Shown here in pieces: positions 11,677-24,568 of a stretch of DNA of 64,000 nucleotides. How positions within the stretch are numbered: position 1 is the first letter of the stretch; each line of letters starts with the position of its first letter. The DNA comes from Zancudomyces culisetae HAW-14-8. Lineage: Eukaryota > Fungi > Kickxellomycota. The position numbers were made by a program, and so were the translations under genes. A model generated the notes under the pieces. It was not told the origin of the DNA. It was given only the letters and a program-made list of their open reading frames with translations, and did not search any database. The DNA is taken from assembly GCA_052426225.1 (NCBI GenBank), contig JBNJNM010000011.1, forward strand, positions 2,232,001-2,296,000. The letters are read 5' to 3'.

Positions 11677-14285
11677 TCAAGCGGGTACTTGGCTACAAAA
11701 GTTGAAAAAACATTGTTAAATTGTCAATGCGATATTTTTCTTTAGAAAAAAAAAACGAAAAAATAGTATTATGAAAGAATGGGTAAAGTTACCTTAATTG
11801 GCATGATTTGCTTGAGGGAACGTACACAAAAAATTTGAATTTGTTCGCGGAAAAGCTTCCAGGATTTAATGACATTACATCTCCATGGAAAACAGAATAT
11901 GGTTCGTAACTATCGGCCAAAACAAGCTATTTTTATATTTAATATGCTCATCAGTACTCAATAGCACATTGAACAAATTAGCAAGCATAAAAAAGAAAAC
12001 ATAAAAGTAATTAGGAAAGCTTACTAGATCAGGGTTTGGATAAAGTCTCAAGGAGTGGTCATATTCCCAAAGCACTGGTTCTACTCTCAAAGGAAAAGGG
12101 GAGAGATGCGATTGCGAAATTATCGTTTTTACAACCTATTTGAATTGGATATAACGTTAGATTTTACAAAAGCATAGAAAAATATGTACAAGTTCTTTTA
12201 CATTCTCTTCAAACAAGGTATCGCTGCTTTTTGGCCAAACTACACAATTTCTTCTCATTTTTTTAACTAAATCCTCTCTAAACACAACGATTTCCTGAGA
12301 ACAAAATTGGATCCTATGGTGATACAGTTAAAAAAAGTTAATATATTCAGAAATCTAATTGCTTAGTTGGACAATGCGTCAGCTGGAGTAGTTAGTACAA
12401 GAAAGAATGTTTATATACTCAAGGTAAATATGATTAGCATTGCATACCTGGTAGGATTAGCAGAGAAAGTGGATTTAGGTACTCTGGTTTTTATCTTCTC
12501 AACCAAATAGGTGGATAGTGGAGGGTATGGGAGCGCGCCCATATTCCAAGGATCATTCGGTCCTGGTACAAATATAAAATGACACTTTCTTGAAAGCTCA
12601 GGAAATTCGCAGATTAACGAAGCTAACCCTGAAAAATACTCTATTAGTTATCATCAAATACAAAAGGTGAGAAGATAAATGGATTAGCTAGATGCAAGAA
12701 TACAAAATAATGGAGATGATATCTTGGATGCTATTTTTACCTTTGTATTTTGACGAGGCACCAGACCCAGCAACGTACGGGGTTGAACAAAAATTACCGC
12801 TAAGAACGAATGCCAGAGGAAGCTTGGATGTGGAAAAGCCGTTAAACAGCCGCCTTAAAGCTGCTATAGTCTACAAAATATATGTCGTTCGACAATGTTA
12901 CATTCTCTGTAAAAATCACATTTTCAATTGAATAGTTTAAAAAAATATAGGGAGGAAGAGGCATACCTCTTGATCGTCTAGCCAGACATCAGATAAAAAT
13001 ACAAATGCGCCGTTGTCATCAATTGACTCGATGGCTTTTAATGCTGTTTTATCCAAGCCAAAGTTGGTTCTTCCAAAAAAGTTCATGTCGGGGTATACAG
13101 ACATTGTAGCCCGTCTTTGTTCGTATGGGGGGAGATTTATTTTTTTGACATTAAAAATATTATCAGACAGCTGACCTTGTACAAGCACAAATGCGCTTTC
13201 AGTGATAATTCCAAAATCATCTATACTACCGAGATGAACATCACCCAAATTAAGTCTCACGTTAGACTCTTTATCTTCCAAATAATATACCCCCTCTTCG
13301 TGCTGCGACAGCATCCCAAATACCACAAAATCCTCGTACTCTCTTCCCTTTAACGAAACAATTGAATCGATCTATATATACATGCAGTAGACTTATATTA
13401 AAACTATATCTTCTTGGCTCAAGAATATGACTAGAAAAAACGCTTACCAGTCTATACTTCCCCCACATGTTCCCCATAGGCGTTTCATGTAGGTGTGTTT
13501 CGTTTCGCTGAATTCTCTGCCTGATCAAGTCGTATCGTTGTCTGAATAGCTCTATCTTGGCTTCTGGAAATGAAACCATATTACTTTTTCCAAAAGGCTT
13601 GAAAGGCATGACATTTTTTTCACCTGAAAGACCGACATCGAGAGAGCCTTTGTCTAGCATCGTTCCATTCGACTGTACTCTGATAAATTTCGCGGTTTTG
13701 GTATCATATACATGCTTTGGTACGTCATACGCACTTATAACTCTAATCAAATCTCGTTCGTTAACCCGTGGAAGACTAAAGGAAGTGTTTTGGGAACCAC
13801 CAACAGCGGAACCAGTGACAGTGCTGTGATTCACACGATCTTCTAAATCCAGTCTTGACATGCTTTGTAGTACTGATTTTAAGGGTTCTAGCTGAACCAA
13901 CATTCCATTCGCTATGTTTTGGTCAAAAACTTGACATTACTTTCAGCGCGTTTTGGTAAAACAAAAAAAAAGAAACATGTCCATTTTGGTGACGTTCAAA
14001 TAAAGAGAATATACAAAAACAATAACAACGAAACCAATAACAACAGAAACAGCAATGATAATATCTACACCCACGCACGTATATATAATATGTATATAAT
14101 AAATTTTCAGACTTACGCACTGAATTAGAATATGTTATAGCGACGCTTTCTAGCCATTCTATGGCGGCCTCCCTGCTTTGATCCGCATTATCTATACATT
14201 GCGCCAGAAATCTAGAAGAATCTCCCTTTAATGTTAACCCATTTCTTTTTGTAAAGACTTCATACACAATTCTATCTGTCCTCAT
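11677..14285 (-). CDS. DPB2: DNA polymerase epsilon subunit B (DPB2/POLE2), 9 exons
   Basis: Phase-compatible exons 14285-14117, 13911-13448, 13371-12967, 12870-12741, 12640-12448, 12313-~12202, 12135-12025, 11926-11793, 11692-11677. Motifs [64 protein letters not shown]. Confidence 0.93.
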
Positions 14286-15142
14286 TGTCCAAAAGTATTG
14301 TTTATATTATCGAGGTTTGTATGTGGTAAATGATTATTTATAAGGATTTGAATAAAGATATCAACTGCGCTTAGTTTTTTTTATAGTAATGTCATGTATT
14401 GTTTTGATTATTTTTAATTTCTGCATATTGTGATCACAGTTAATTTTTTGAAAAAAAAAGTATTAAACTCGAGTATAAAATGATGAACTCGATAAATAAC
14501 ACTCAATTATGATCAAAGCATACATCCAAAGGTAATGGCTGGTGTACTTGTGCAAAGTAAGTATAGCTAGAATCTGCTGCATCTAATACATTTAGCATTT
14601 GAACACTAGGAAAAGCAAAATAGTAGTAAACATGATCCATATTCTCGCTATATGAATTCTACATTTCTTAAATGACATATTTGAAGCAACGTGCCTGGAA
14701 ACTCAAAGCATTTTTCTAGACTTGAGGAGGGGAGGGTAAGGCTAGAGCTGTGAGTATCGTTTTAGCTAGAAAGCATCAACTAAGATATGAATGTGTACGT
14801 GTTTATGTGTATCTGCATACACTAGTTATTGTAGATAGCCTTAACTCCTATTTTCTGATAGAGTCAACAGGTAATGTGGAGTTTGTAGACAAATGTTCAG
14901 AATTACTGTTTTTACTTCTCTATATAACAAATTTCACTTTATTCGAAGATTTATTTTTTTCAAAACAAACTGCATTTTCAATTAAAAACAATGTGAACGA
15001 ATGGAAGGTGAGCGTTTATTGCAAAGTTGAAATTTTTGTTCAATTTAGAAAGCTCGGAAATTAGTTTTTATTGGAAAGCTTGCAGTCAATGATGAACATG
15101 TTGATTATTCGCTAGAATTAGAAAAAAAAACAAACAGAATCC

Positions 15143-15183
15143 CACGAAACAACACAAACGAATGTTTACTTTGAGTCGCGAAA
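15143..15183. promoter_or_regulatory. Two SCB-like words (CACGAAA, CGCGAAA) in the divergent DPB2/RAD21 promoter
   Basis: CACGAAA at 15143-15149 and CGCGAAA at 15177-15183, between two head-to-head G1/S-class genes. Confidence 0.4.
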
Positions 15184-15715
15184 AAAGCATTACATAAAAA
15201 GGACCAGTTAGGAATAGCGATGTAGGGACGCTTCACAAGGGCAGGTATAGGCTGGTTTCGTTTGTTCAAACACGTTTCAACAAAAAGTCAGTAAGACCAT
15301 TACAAATAATAGCTGACATCGTTGATTTTTGTTTTTGAAATCTCTTTTTCTTTTATTCAGCTGTCAATCTGTACTTTAAATTTTTTCAATTTGAATATTT
15401 GCAAAAATATAGGTAAAATTCAAAACTAAACAAGGTAATCGACAAAACTCGGGTATAGTGTATCAAAACACTTTTTCCATGTAATAACACAAACAACACT
15501 ATATCAAAGATACACTCTGTAATATACAAATATACGAACCATACTTGGTCCAAAATCCAAAGACTCCGGTCAATTTATCAACAAAGCGACGAAGTTAAAT
15601 CAAAGTTAGATTTCACTAGGGGTAGCACGATTGGCGAGATTTATTATTAGTATTATTATATTGTTTCATTGTTTCATTATTCTGGGCGTAGCAAAGGATA
15701 AAAAAAGGCAAAAAA

Positions 15716-17677
15716 ATGTTTTTTTCAGAAAGTGTTCTATTGAAGAAGGGGCCTCTAGCAAAGGTGTGGCTTGCTGCGCATTGGGAAAAAAAGATGAACA
15801 AAGCACAGTTCATACAAACCGACATAGCTGCCTCGGTTAGTGCAATGATCGAAAGGAATCAACCTCCGATCGCTCTAAGACTTTCCGGCCAATTATTATT
15901 GGGCGTTGCAAAAATATATTCAAGAAAAGCCCGATACTTGTTAGAAGATTGTACAGAAGCTCTGGTCAAGATTAGGATGGCTTATAGGCCAGGACTGGTA
16001 GATATGGCGGAGTCCACAGTTGCAAATCGAAATGCAATTACTTTACCAGATACACTGACGGAATTTGAGGTAACTTTGCCAGTGAAAAAAATTGAGAGTA
16101 CTTTTTTGGAACCGTTATTAATGCCAAGAGAGGGTGAGAGGGGCGAAAGACAAATAAGTCATGTATCAGATATAAGGGATATTACATTGGAAGAGGAAGG
16201 GATGCTTGAGTTAGATACATCAATTCTTGGCATCAAAGAATACGGAAAAGCGAGAACAGGACATGAAGGGGTGGGTGAGGGAGATCTTGTTGGTCGCGAT
16301 GATGAGTTCAGGTTTGATATTGAAGAAGATTGGCTAATGAGCCCGAGAGAACCCGTGGAGCCACATCGAGTGGAACATGGATCACGACTGGGAGAGGATA
16401 GCCTGATGGGAATAGAGGTTGCGAGAAGAGATATGGATAGAGGACGATATGATGCAGAAGGACGGTTGATTGAGGGAATTTCCGGTTTAGAAATAGGAGA
16501 AAAAAGTATTGATACTGGTCGCGGGGGCGTATCTGTTCTTGAAGGGTCAGAGTTAAGTATTGGGGGGAAATCAGTTCTTGGATCCGATCTAGGAAGTGGT
16601 ATATTCAGAGAGGGAATAGATCTTGGTAGCGATCTTGGAATAGAAGTCAAGGAAGGTGAAAGAGAGGTTGAGTCTATCTGGGAACAGGCTGAATTGGACC
16701 TTTTAATGCCAGAAACAGAAGGCGAGAATGTAGCCGTAACAAAGACAAAAAAAAGAAAACTTGCGACAACCGAACTAATTGACGAAGAAACACTGTATCC
16801 AAATTCGAAAATTAAGCAGAGCATGCTTGATACTACATCGCTACTTTCCGTTCCAACATACTTACCTGAGGTTGAGGAGCCATCCTCAACTGAATATGTG
16901 ATGTATTCTGCAACAAGAAATATGGAGCTCCCCAGCGCAGCTTTAGAGTTGTTTGAAAAAACACAGCTTGCCCCAAGCGATTACCATACCACTATCAAAG
17001 CACCCACGGCACATAGCCCTCAAATTGTTCCAGAAGCTCCACGAAGAGATGTGGGCGAGGATATTGATCTGGGAATCGACCTGGGGATTGAACAATGGAA
17101 CCCCGAGGCCGTTGCAAGTCCCGGGAAGCTCCGCGAGGGCAGCAGTGGGATATTACAATTAGGATCGGACATTTCATTGCCCAAAGACCTGGCGGAACAG
17201 GAGCATCCATCTATTGCCGAGGCTGCGCACCAGGAAGGAGCGTTGGACATTTTTGAAGGCTTTGAATTCCGGGAGGAAGAAGAGGAGGATCTCACAAACA
17301 AAATCCCGCTGTTTACAGACAGCCTGCAACACGGGCTGGAGAGCAAAAATATCGATACACAGCACGCACTGGCAGCCCTGCAGCCTAGTAGTGCAGTAGA
17401 CGATTCTGATGCGCCATTACTGGCTGCAGGATTTAGTAAATCAACCATTGGTGCGATAAATTTACTTCACGAAAGGAGTGCTGAGGGCAAAGTCATGAAC
17501 TTTAACGAAATCACAAAAGATGCACCAAAATCGGATCTTGTAAAATTGTTTTTTGAGGTTTTGGTTTTGAAATCAAAAGATTTTGTAGATGTCAGCCAGC
17601 CAGAACCGTTTGGGGATATCGAAGTCATTGCATTGGAAAAATTGTCTGATGCCAATTCCACCTTGTCTAACCTTTAA
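15716..17677 (+). CDS. RAD21: Cohesin kleisin subunit Rad21/Scc1
   Basis: N-terminal LLKKGPLAKVWLAAHWEKK..IALRLSGQLLLGVAKIYSRKARYLLEDC, and C-terminal winged helix KLFFEVLVLK..VSQPEPFGDI. Confidence 0.96.
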   Translation: MFFSESVLLKKGPLAKVWLAAHWEKKMNKAQFIQTDIAASVSAMIERNQPPIALRLSGQLLLGVAKIYSRKARYLLEDCTEALVKIRMAYRPGLVDMAESTVANRNAITLPDTLTEFEVTLPVKKIESTFLEPLLMPREGERGERQISHVSDIRDITLEEEGMLELDTSILGIKEYGKARTGHEGVGEGDLVGRDDEFRFDIEEDWLMSPREPVEPHRVEHGSRLGEDSLMGIEVARRDMDRGRYDAEGRLIEGISGLEIGEKSIDTGRGGVSVLEGSELSIGGKSVLGSDLGSGIFREGIDLGSDLGIEVKEGEREVESIWEQAELDLLMPETEGENVAVTKTKKRKLATTELIDEETLYPNSKIKQSMLDTTSLLSVPTYLPEVEEPSSTEYVMYSATRNMELPSAALELFEKTQLAPSDYHTTIKAPTAHSPQIVPEAPRRDVGEDIDLGIDLGIEQWNPEAVASPGKLREGSSGILQLGSDISLPKDLAEQEHPSIAEAAHQEGALDIFEGFEFREEEEEDLTNKIPLFTDSLQHGLESKNIDTQHALAALQPSSAVDDSDAPLLAAGFSKSTIGAINLLHERSAEGKVMNFNEITKDAPKSDLVKLFFEVLVLKSKDFVDVSQPEPFGDIEVIALEKLSDANSTLSNL

Positions 17678-17766
17678 ATTTCTACTTTTTATTACTATCA
17701 CAACGTACTATTATTACTGATATATTAAAATTTAATAAAGGATATCATAAAAAACTACAACTCAAA

Positions 17767-18620
17767 TTAGTCCCTAAAAATCAATATTGGAGCACCGATA
17801 TCTCTGATTTCTCCAAAATTTAGAGTTAGATCAAAGGCCTTGCCCAAAACTATTTTAAAAACTTTATGTACATTTATACTGTGTTTGCTAGAACAGAATA
17901 TCAGCGGAGACCGCATTGCCCTAGCCATCGCTATCGAATACTTTGTCATGATTTCTTGCTCCTCTGGGCTGGTGTAGTTTGGATCCGCAAACAAGTCGTA
18001 TTTTGTCCCCACCAATAATGTTACAGCGGTGCTATTGAACCCACGCGCTTGTTTATACCATGTGCGCACGCTGTTCAACGAGCTTCGTCTTGTCAAATCA
18101 AACATGAATAATATTGCTGTTGCTTCATTACAAACAATCGGTAGCATATTTACAAACTCCTGCTCCCCTATTTATTATTTTCGTTACCACTATTATTTCT
18201 GCAGTTATGATGTGATTTGCTCTTTAAACACAAGCATTCTGGATTGCGATTCAGCGCAGCATACCAGATATCCTTAGGTTCTGCTTTCGCTTTTTTAATT
18301 TTTTTAAAAAACAAAATTCATTTTGAAGGCTTACCTCCTAAATCCCAGATACTAAATGTAACTCTGGTACTCCGTAGCAAAATGGTTTTTTCCATAAAAT
18401 TTACCCCCAGTGTCTGGATATAATCTGGTTCGTATTTTCCTTCAACATATTTGACCATTAGCGTGGTCTTTCCGATTTGTGCATCGCCCAACATTCCAAC
18501 TTTAATCGTCAAGCTATCTTGGAATTGATCTTGGTATTGCTGTTCATCATAGCCTTGACTGCTGGTGAATCCATTCGCGCTGTTATTAGCAGAATCTTCA
18601 CCTACTCTTTCATCGTACAT
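17767..18620 (-). CDS. TEM1: TEM1/Spg1 septation/mitotic-exit small GTPase, 2 exons (18620-18335, 18167-17767)
   Basis: GDAQIGKTTLMVKYVEG, YIQTLGVNFMEK, WDLGG|EQEFVNMLPIVC, LVGTKYD. GTAAGC...TAG intron. Confidence 0.95.
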
Positions 18621-19761
18621 GCTTGATCTATCTTATCTTTGTGTTAAAAAGGAGGCTTGTTGTTGAGACAAAACACTATAGAATGGTGGGGGAATAGTCA
18701 AAAATTCAGGGAAATGATATGTATCTTGTTTAACTTATTGTACACGATATAGTTAGCTTTTAACAACCGACTTGGTGTTTACTAGGCTAAAAAAAACAAC
18801 TTTAGGTTTCCCAGTCACTCTTATATAAGCATTGTGGTACAAAGCCATTTTCAAAATCTCAAACTTTTTTATTCGCAGTGACTTGATGGTTTTTTTTTGT
18901 TCAAATCTATTATTTTAATATTTTGCTTTTGTTTACAATATGACATTTGTTGTGATTTTTTATTGATTATCCCCTAGCATTTCCAAATCGTATATTTCAA
19001 GACTCATTTCGTTAATTCTGAAATTATTGGATTTGGAAACGTTATTTTATGGAATAATCTAAACCTTAACTCGGTTTTAGCAAATTGACCGAGATGTAAT
19101 TTATTTTTTTTGCAAGCACCATTTGTTGGTTGGGACTCCTGCTAAAAGTTTATTATCTTTGTCTTGTGATACTATGCTATTCACAACACTAGACCAGATA
19201 TTATACACATTTTGGGATTTATTATTCTACTTTACCCTAGTTGGGAGTGAGGAGGTTTCTTGTTTTTGGTGCTCAATAACAAGCTCGAGCAAATTGTTAA
19301 TATTAAACCAGCAAATCTAGTTTAAAAAATTTTTTTAATGCAATGACATTAAATACAATTTGAAAAAACCGAAAACTACGAATATTTGTGGGCCAATTAT
19401 CAAAACATAATTATTAGCACTTGTGATCCTTTCAAGGAAAAATTATCTCATTTTGATGGAATTAATGCCTTTTCCCTTTTTTCTTTATTTTAAGGACATC
19501 CAAATTGCAGCTATTTTATCTTTCCAGCTTGGTTAAAATGTCAATCGCTTTGATGACGTTTCATTTACGTATCACAAATTTAATTAAAGGGACAAACAAG
19601 GGCTTCGGAACATTGGATAGGTGGTGGGGAAGTGAGACATAAGGAATATATCTTTTGAAGGAACGTTTTTGCTAAGAAATCAGCCCAGGTGCTAAGCTTA
19701 AAAAGGAATGAAAAGCTCATGTTTGTCTTTTAGCCATCTCTTTTTTTATTAAAAGCAATAA

Positions 19762-19786
19762 AAAACAAAACAAAACAAAACAAAAC
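19762..19786. repeat. (AAAAC)5 microsatellite
   Basis: Five perfect AAAAC units. Confidence 0.85.
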
Positions 19787-20867
19787 AGCATTGCTCGTAC
19801 AGACCCCTACATACCTGCATTAGTTTTACTTTACCGTAGTTGTTTATTGAATTTAGCTTTTATCAGAATTGGAAATGTGGTTATACAACGTAATCAAAAA
19901 AACAGATTTAAAAAAAGACAGCGGGCTGCTAGCATATACCTGCATTTTAAATTAAAATCAATGTTACTCCAGAGAGAGCATGTTCTGTCTTGCCAGTCAA
20001 GCTCCCCCTGTTATATCACTTCATACTTAAAGCATTTGCATGTACCCTCCTCATTGGCTATCTGGAAAAAATAAAAAGCAGGAAAATGGCTTTGGCATAT
20101 GAAGCAGATCCGAGAATAAAGTTAAAAATACTAGCATCTTTTATTTCCAAGTCAGTTAGGTGATACAGCATGACAAGGGACACCAGTGATTTGTTTTTTG
20201 GAGTAGATATGCTAAATTCGACGAGGATAAAGAACGTAATTTACGATTTTACATCATGGGACTATTGAAAAATCAATCATGTGGTACTCCATCATTGAAA
20301 GTGCAGCAGTGCAGCTTTTATCAATCATTTTGATGGGCAATTTGTATTAATCCTATCTATTTATAAATGATTGACAACTCTCACCATGTCAAGTATACAT
20401 GTATCAATAGTTGATTTGTGTAACACAGCGCTACGGTCGTTTCTAAAGTGTTTATACATTTAGTTTTAGTAAACTCTGAAGTACATACTTGGATAATGTA
20501 ACCAATTAAGAAATAAATAAACACTACTTTACAAATTATTTTGCAATCAACTGTTGTAAGTGCAGAAACAATTTTATTCAACCTGTATTTTTAACTCGTC
20601 TACAACCCAAGTGTTAACTCATATTCTGGATTTTATAAAGAATCTAAGTAAAGGATCCCACACTGTGCATTCTTCATCGTTTTCCTTTTTTTTAAAGAGA
20701 TTAACAAGCTCAGTGAAGCTTTATCAAGTTTTTAAGCATTTGCATTGCTAAGGATTTTATTTTCGCAAAAAAAATATATAAAAATAAATACATCATTAGA
20801 AAGTTTTTTACAGATATATTAACCCTACTAAAAAAAACACGCATATGAATTCAATTGACAAAAAGTA

Positions 20868-22229
20868 TCAAAGGAATGAAAGTGCCAAGAAAAATACCGA
20901 AAACAGTGACCCAAGGTTCACAAACAATTTGGTTTGGCTCGATGTTTCTTCGTTGGCTTTGCTACTACCTGAATTTGAACTACCCTTTTTCTCAACACTA
21001 ACATTATTTTTGCAGGTCCACTTTGCCTTCGATGCCTTGCCCAAAGTGGCTTTTACCTCGCTACAGTCGAGATTTTCTGTAGAATCTATTTGTATTGCTC
21101 CATCAACGCGTTGCAGCAAGGGAAATGAGATCTTTGTTATTGGGCCTGCTATAACCAAAGCTCCCTTGACATATGCAAGAGAAGCAAACATATTCTCATT
21201 TATGATACTGAGCTCGGTGTTGTTTGCTATTTTCAATCCACCGTTTATGTTTTGAAGATTATCAATTCTAAAATCCTGTAGATTTGTATTTCCCATAATT
21301 GTGATGTCCTTTTTTGCTGTGGATAGATTTGTCAAGCTGAACTGTGAAAAAAAGTTATTTAGAAGATTGAGTGTTCCAAAAACCTCTGAAAGCGAATCAA
21401 GGGTCAAATCTCCCAAATCACGAAAAGTTGCACTTCCTTTCACAGTAACGAGCTTCGGGAGTTTACAAATGGAGTCAGGACTATTGTTTGCAACTACCAA
21501 GTCACCAAGTGTTGTATTGAGATTGGGAAATTGTACTGATTTTAGATATGGGTTACTTGATATTTCAATATCGTTTATATATGATATAGGGAGCTTTGAA
21601 AATTCTGGAAGAGCTGTTTGAATTACTGATAAACTTCCAACTCCTTTAAGATTTTGTATATCCAAGGTGCTTAAATTTGGGTTATTTGTTATGCCAAGTC
21701 TGTTACACTGCTGCAACCTATGCATCGAAGCAGCAACCAGAACTGTGTTGTTTATAAACTCTATCTTTCCACCAGCATATTCCAACGAGTCAAACTTTAT
21801 GGCGGAAAGGTTTTCATTTCTCTGGATGTATATATCGCCTGTAACACCTCGCAAGCCAGTAAAATCAAGTTCAGAGATGGATGTATCTGATATTCGTAAT
21901 GTGGAGTTAAAGTATACACAACTAGATACTCTGTATGCATCCTGAGCGTTAGATACTCCAAATGGACTGTTACATATGTTGGATGAGTCGTTATCCTCTA
22001 ATTCATGACATATGATTATATTAGTTTTATCCTGTTGGAAGTATTTTTCAAAGTGTTCAATGTTTATATCTGAAATGACGCTATAGGGATACGGATATCT
22101 GTATGAATACAAAATGCAAAACTAAAACAAAGATCAACTCGACTTTCTACTCTCAAATATATACTTACCTGCGAATGTCGCTCTCAGAAACAGGGCTAAA
22201 ATAGCAAGATTTTTGCCAAAACAAACCAT
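20868..22229 (-). CDS. ECM33/Pst1-like GPI-anchored receptor L-domain cell-wall protein, 2 exons
   Basis: Signal-peptide exon MVCFGKNLAILALFLRATFA (22229-22169, GTAAGT donor); phase-compatible acceptor at ~22070. L-domain repeats (FPNLNTTLGDLVVANN, LQNINGGLKIANNTEL, FPLLQRVDG), a Ser-rich linker and a hydrophobic C-terminal GPI signal. Confidence 0.85.
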
Positions 22230-24568
22230 TTTTTGTAATTTTATCTATATATGTTCAATATTCTTTTATTTGCTTTTATAAAACGGTATTAATGATACTC
22301 GCTTCGACGAGATAAAGATGCTTTAGTTGTAGATATTTTACTATTGAAATTAGTGTTTTTTGTATCTGCTGGGTAAATATACCAATTACAAATAGAATAA
22401 AACAAAATAAGATAATAAAATATAGTACTATGTAATGATTTTATAATTTGTATCTTATCGAGAATGACAAGTAAAGATGTTGAACTGTTGAAAAGTTTTT
22501 TGCCTTTTCCTTTTTTTTAATGCACAACAATGCGTACAAATATGGAAACGATCTCACTTTTTACAAATAGCCAAACCGTCTACTTTGTAGATGCCTTTTA
22601 GTTTTTTCCAAGTTTTCAGTATTATTGTGGTTTAAACAACCAGGCTTGTATTTATTTGGGTTTAATTTCTCATTGTAGTGAGGAATAATAACAACCCAAC
22701 TCAATTTTTTTTTTATCAAACTGAGGTTAGTGGTAGGTTGTAGTTAGGATACAAACGTTTTTTTCAACTGCAGTTTGTCAATTTCATTCTATTCAACTCA
22801 ATTCAACCCAATTCAATTTTGTTCCAACTTTTTATTATATATAGTTATTATGAACTGTTGTAACTACCTCCTTGTTAAACAAGTGTTTCAAAAATTATTA
22901 CTTTTCCAACAATCAAAACACAAAAGCCGTCGCCTGCCTCTACACACAAATGAAATCTATTTAATATTTCTTAAAAATAGAACGAATAGGCGTTTTAGGA
23001 TGAACAGGACAATAGGAATGTTGTTATTTTTGCTATCACTTTAAAAGAAATAGGTATAGTGTCTATTTTCAAGCACAAAAGTCTTTTTTTTTTCTTGAAC
23101 TGTTAGTATTTACCGTTTCCGTCAAAGCTTGTCAAAAGAAAAAGAATATGGGTTTATCTATAAAATACAGGATTAGATGTTCCGAAAAAAAAAGCTATTC
23201 GATAGGATATAGAATACAAGTTAGATAAGGAAGGCGCAAGGAGGAGGTGGGGGGTGAGAGGTGAATGGGGTTCAAATATAGTTTTGCTTTTTATTAGCAT
23301 TGATTTTGTTTTTCTATAAAAAAAATTGACAAAATTCCATATTGTTCTTTTCAATGTGTAAATATCTCATGTATATGATATGAGCTTTGGGGTAAAGCCA
23401 CCAACCTAAAAGGCCGTGGAGTAATCCTCGTAGAACTTGGCAGTAAAATTGAGAATATTTCGCCATAATAAGCTTAAAATAAAGTGGGAAACCCCCCTGT
23501 GGGTGTATGTTATTTCTGGTATCGCAAATCGGTGTTAGAAAATAGAGATTGAAAAAGTCAGAATCAAAGCTCTTGGCTTTCCATAACAGGAAGTCCTGAG
23601 ATTTATTCCTAAACAGAGGGTAATAAATCAGAAAAGTAAAATCCCTTTTTTATACACATCCCTTGAAGGAGTTTATACATCAAGTTGGGTGGGTTGAAAT
23701 GCAGGAGTAATCATCCGAAATGATTTTTTTTGTTTATTAAATTAAGGTTTATGCTGTTAAAACAAGGATGTTAAACAACCAAATTGAAAGTAAATAACAC
23801 ACTAGTCAAGATAATGAGGGGTGTATAAATATATTACCAAAGCGAAGAGACAGACAGAGAGCGCTAGAAAAGACAATGGCCTGTGCAATATATTCTACAT
23901 CGTACGAGAAGCTTATACTATTGAATCTGTAGAGTACTAACTAGTGAGCTTTTTTATTTGCTCAAATTTAAGCTATCTAGCTAAAAAATTACCGATCTGT
24001 TTTATTTCCGCGGTATTTTGGTTATGTAATTTTTGACGTTGATTTGGGTTGCTTACAAATTTTAGGCGGCCTTGAGGGGAGTTTAAGAGGGATATGTAGG
24101 GGGGGGATTGAGCAACATCAAGATGATTTTCAACAAACACCATTACTTTGAATGGTGAAGGGGAGACGTTTTCGTGATTGTTGGGATGAACGGCATTTAT
24201 CATTGGTACGCAAAAAAAAATTTTATTTTATTTTTTTTTATTTGCAGATGCGTTTCTGAAGCAAAAAATATAAACAATATCAGCAAATATATATCTAAGT
24301 GCACAGTGAATTCGAAAAGAATAAAGGCTTTGAGAGATAAAAGAGGAAATAAACCTGTATCAATAAACCTACTTTTAACCAGCAACACGAGTATTTAACA
24401 TAGTACATATATACTTATTCAGCATTTCCTGACCTACTCTGCCTCAAAGTATATCGAGATTGAATTGCTCCCTATTTAAACAAGAAAAGGTTTTACCTCA
24501 TACCAAACCAAGAGCAACGTGAGAAAAAAAAAGGAATCCAAGCCTAAGAAAATAAAATTAGGACCAGA

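Noticed and set aside
11677-14285. U12-type (minor) intron in DPB2 or the other spliced genes
   Set aside because: All inferred donors are U2-type (GTAAGT, GTAAGC, GTATGC, GTAAAA, GTAACT); no RTATCCTT was found.
22161-22171. ATACTTACCTG, identical to the U1 snRNA 5' end
   Set aside because: It is the reverse complement of the CAG/GTAAGTAT donor of the ECM33-like gene; no U1 body follows.
23380-23640. GGGAAACCC hairpin and short complementary words suggesting RNase P/MRP RNA
   Set aside because: The conserved P4 pseudoknot sequences could not be identified.
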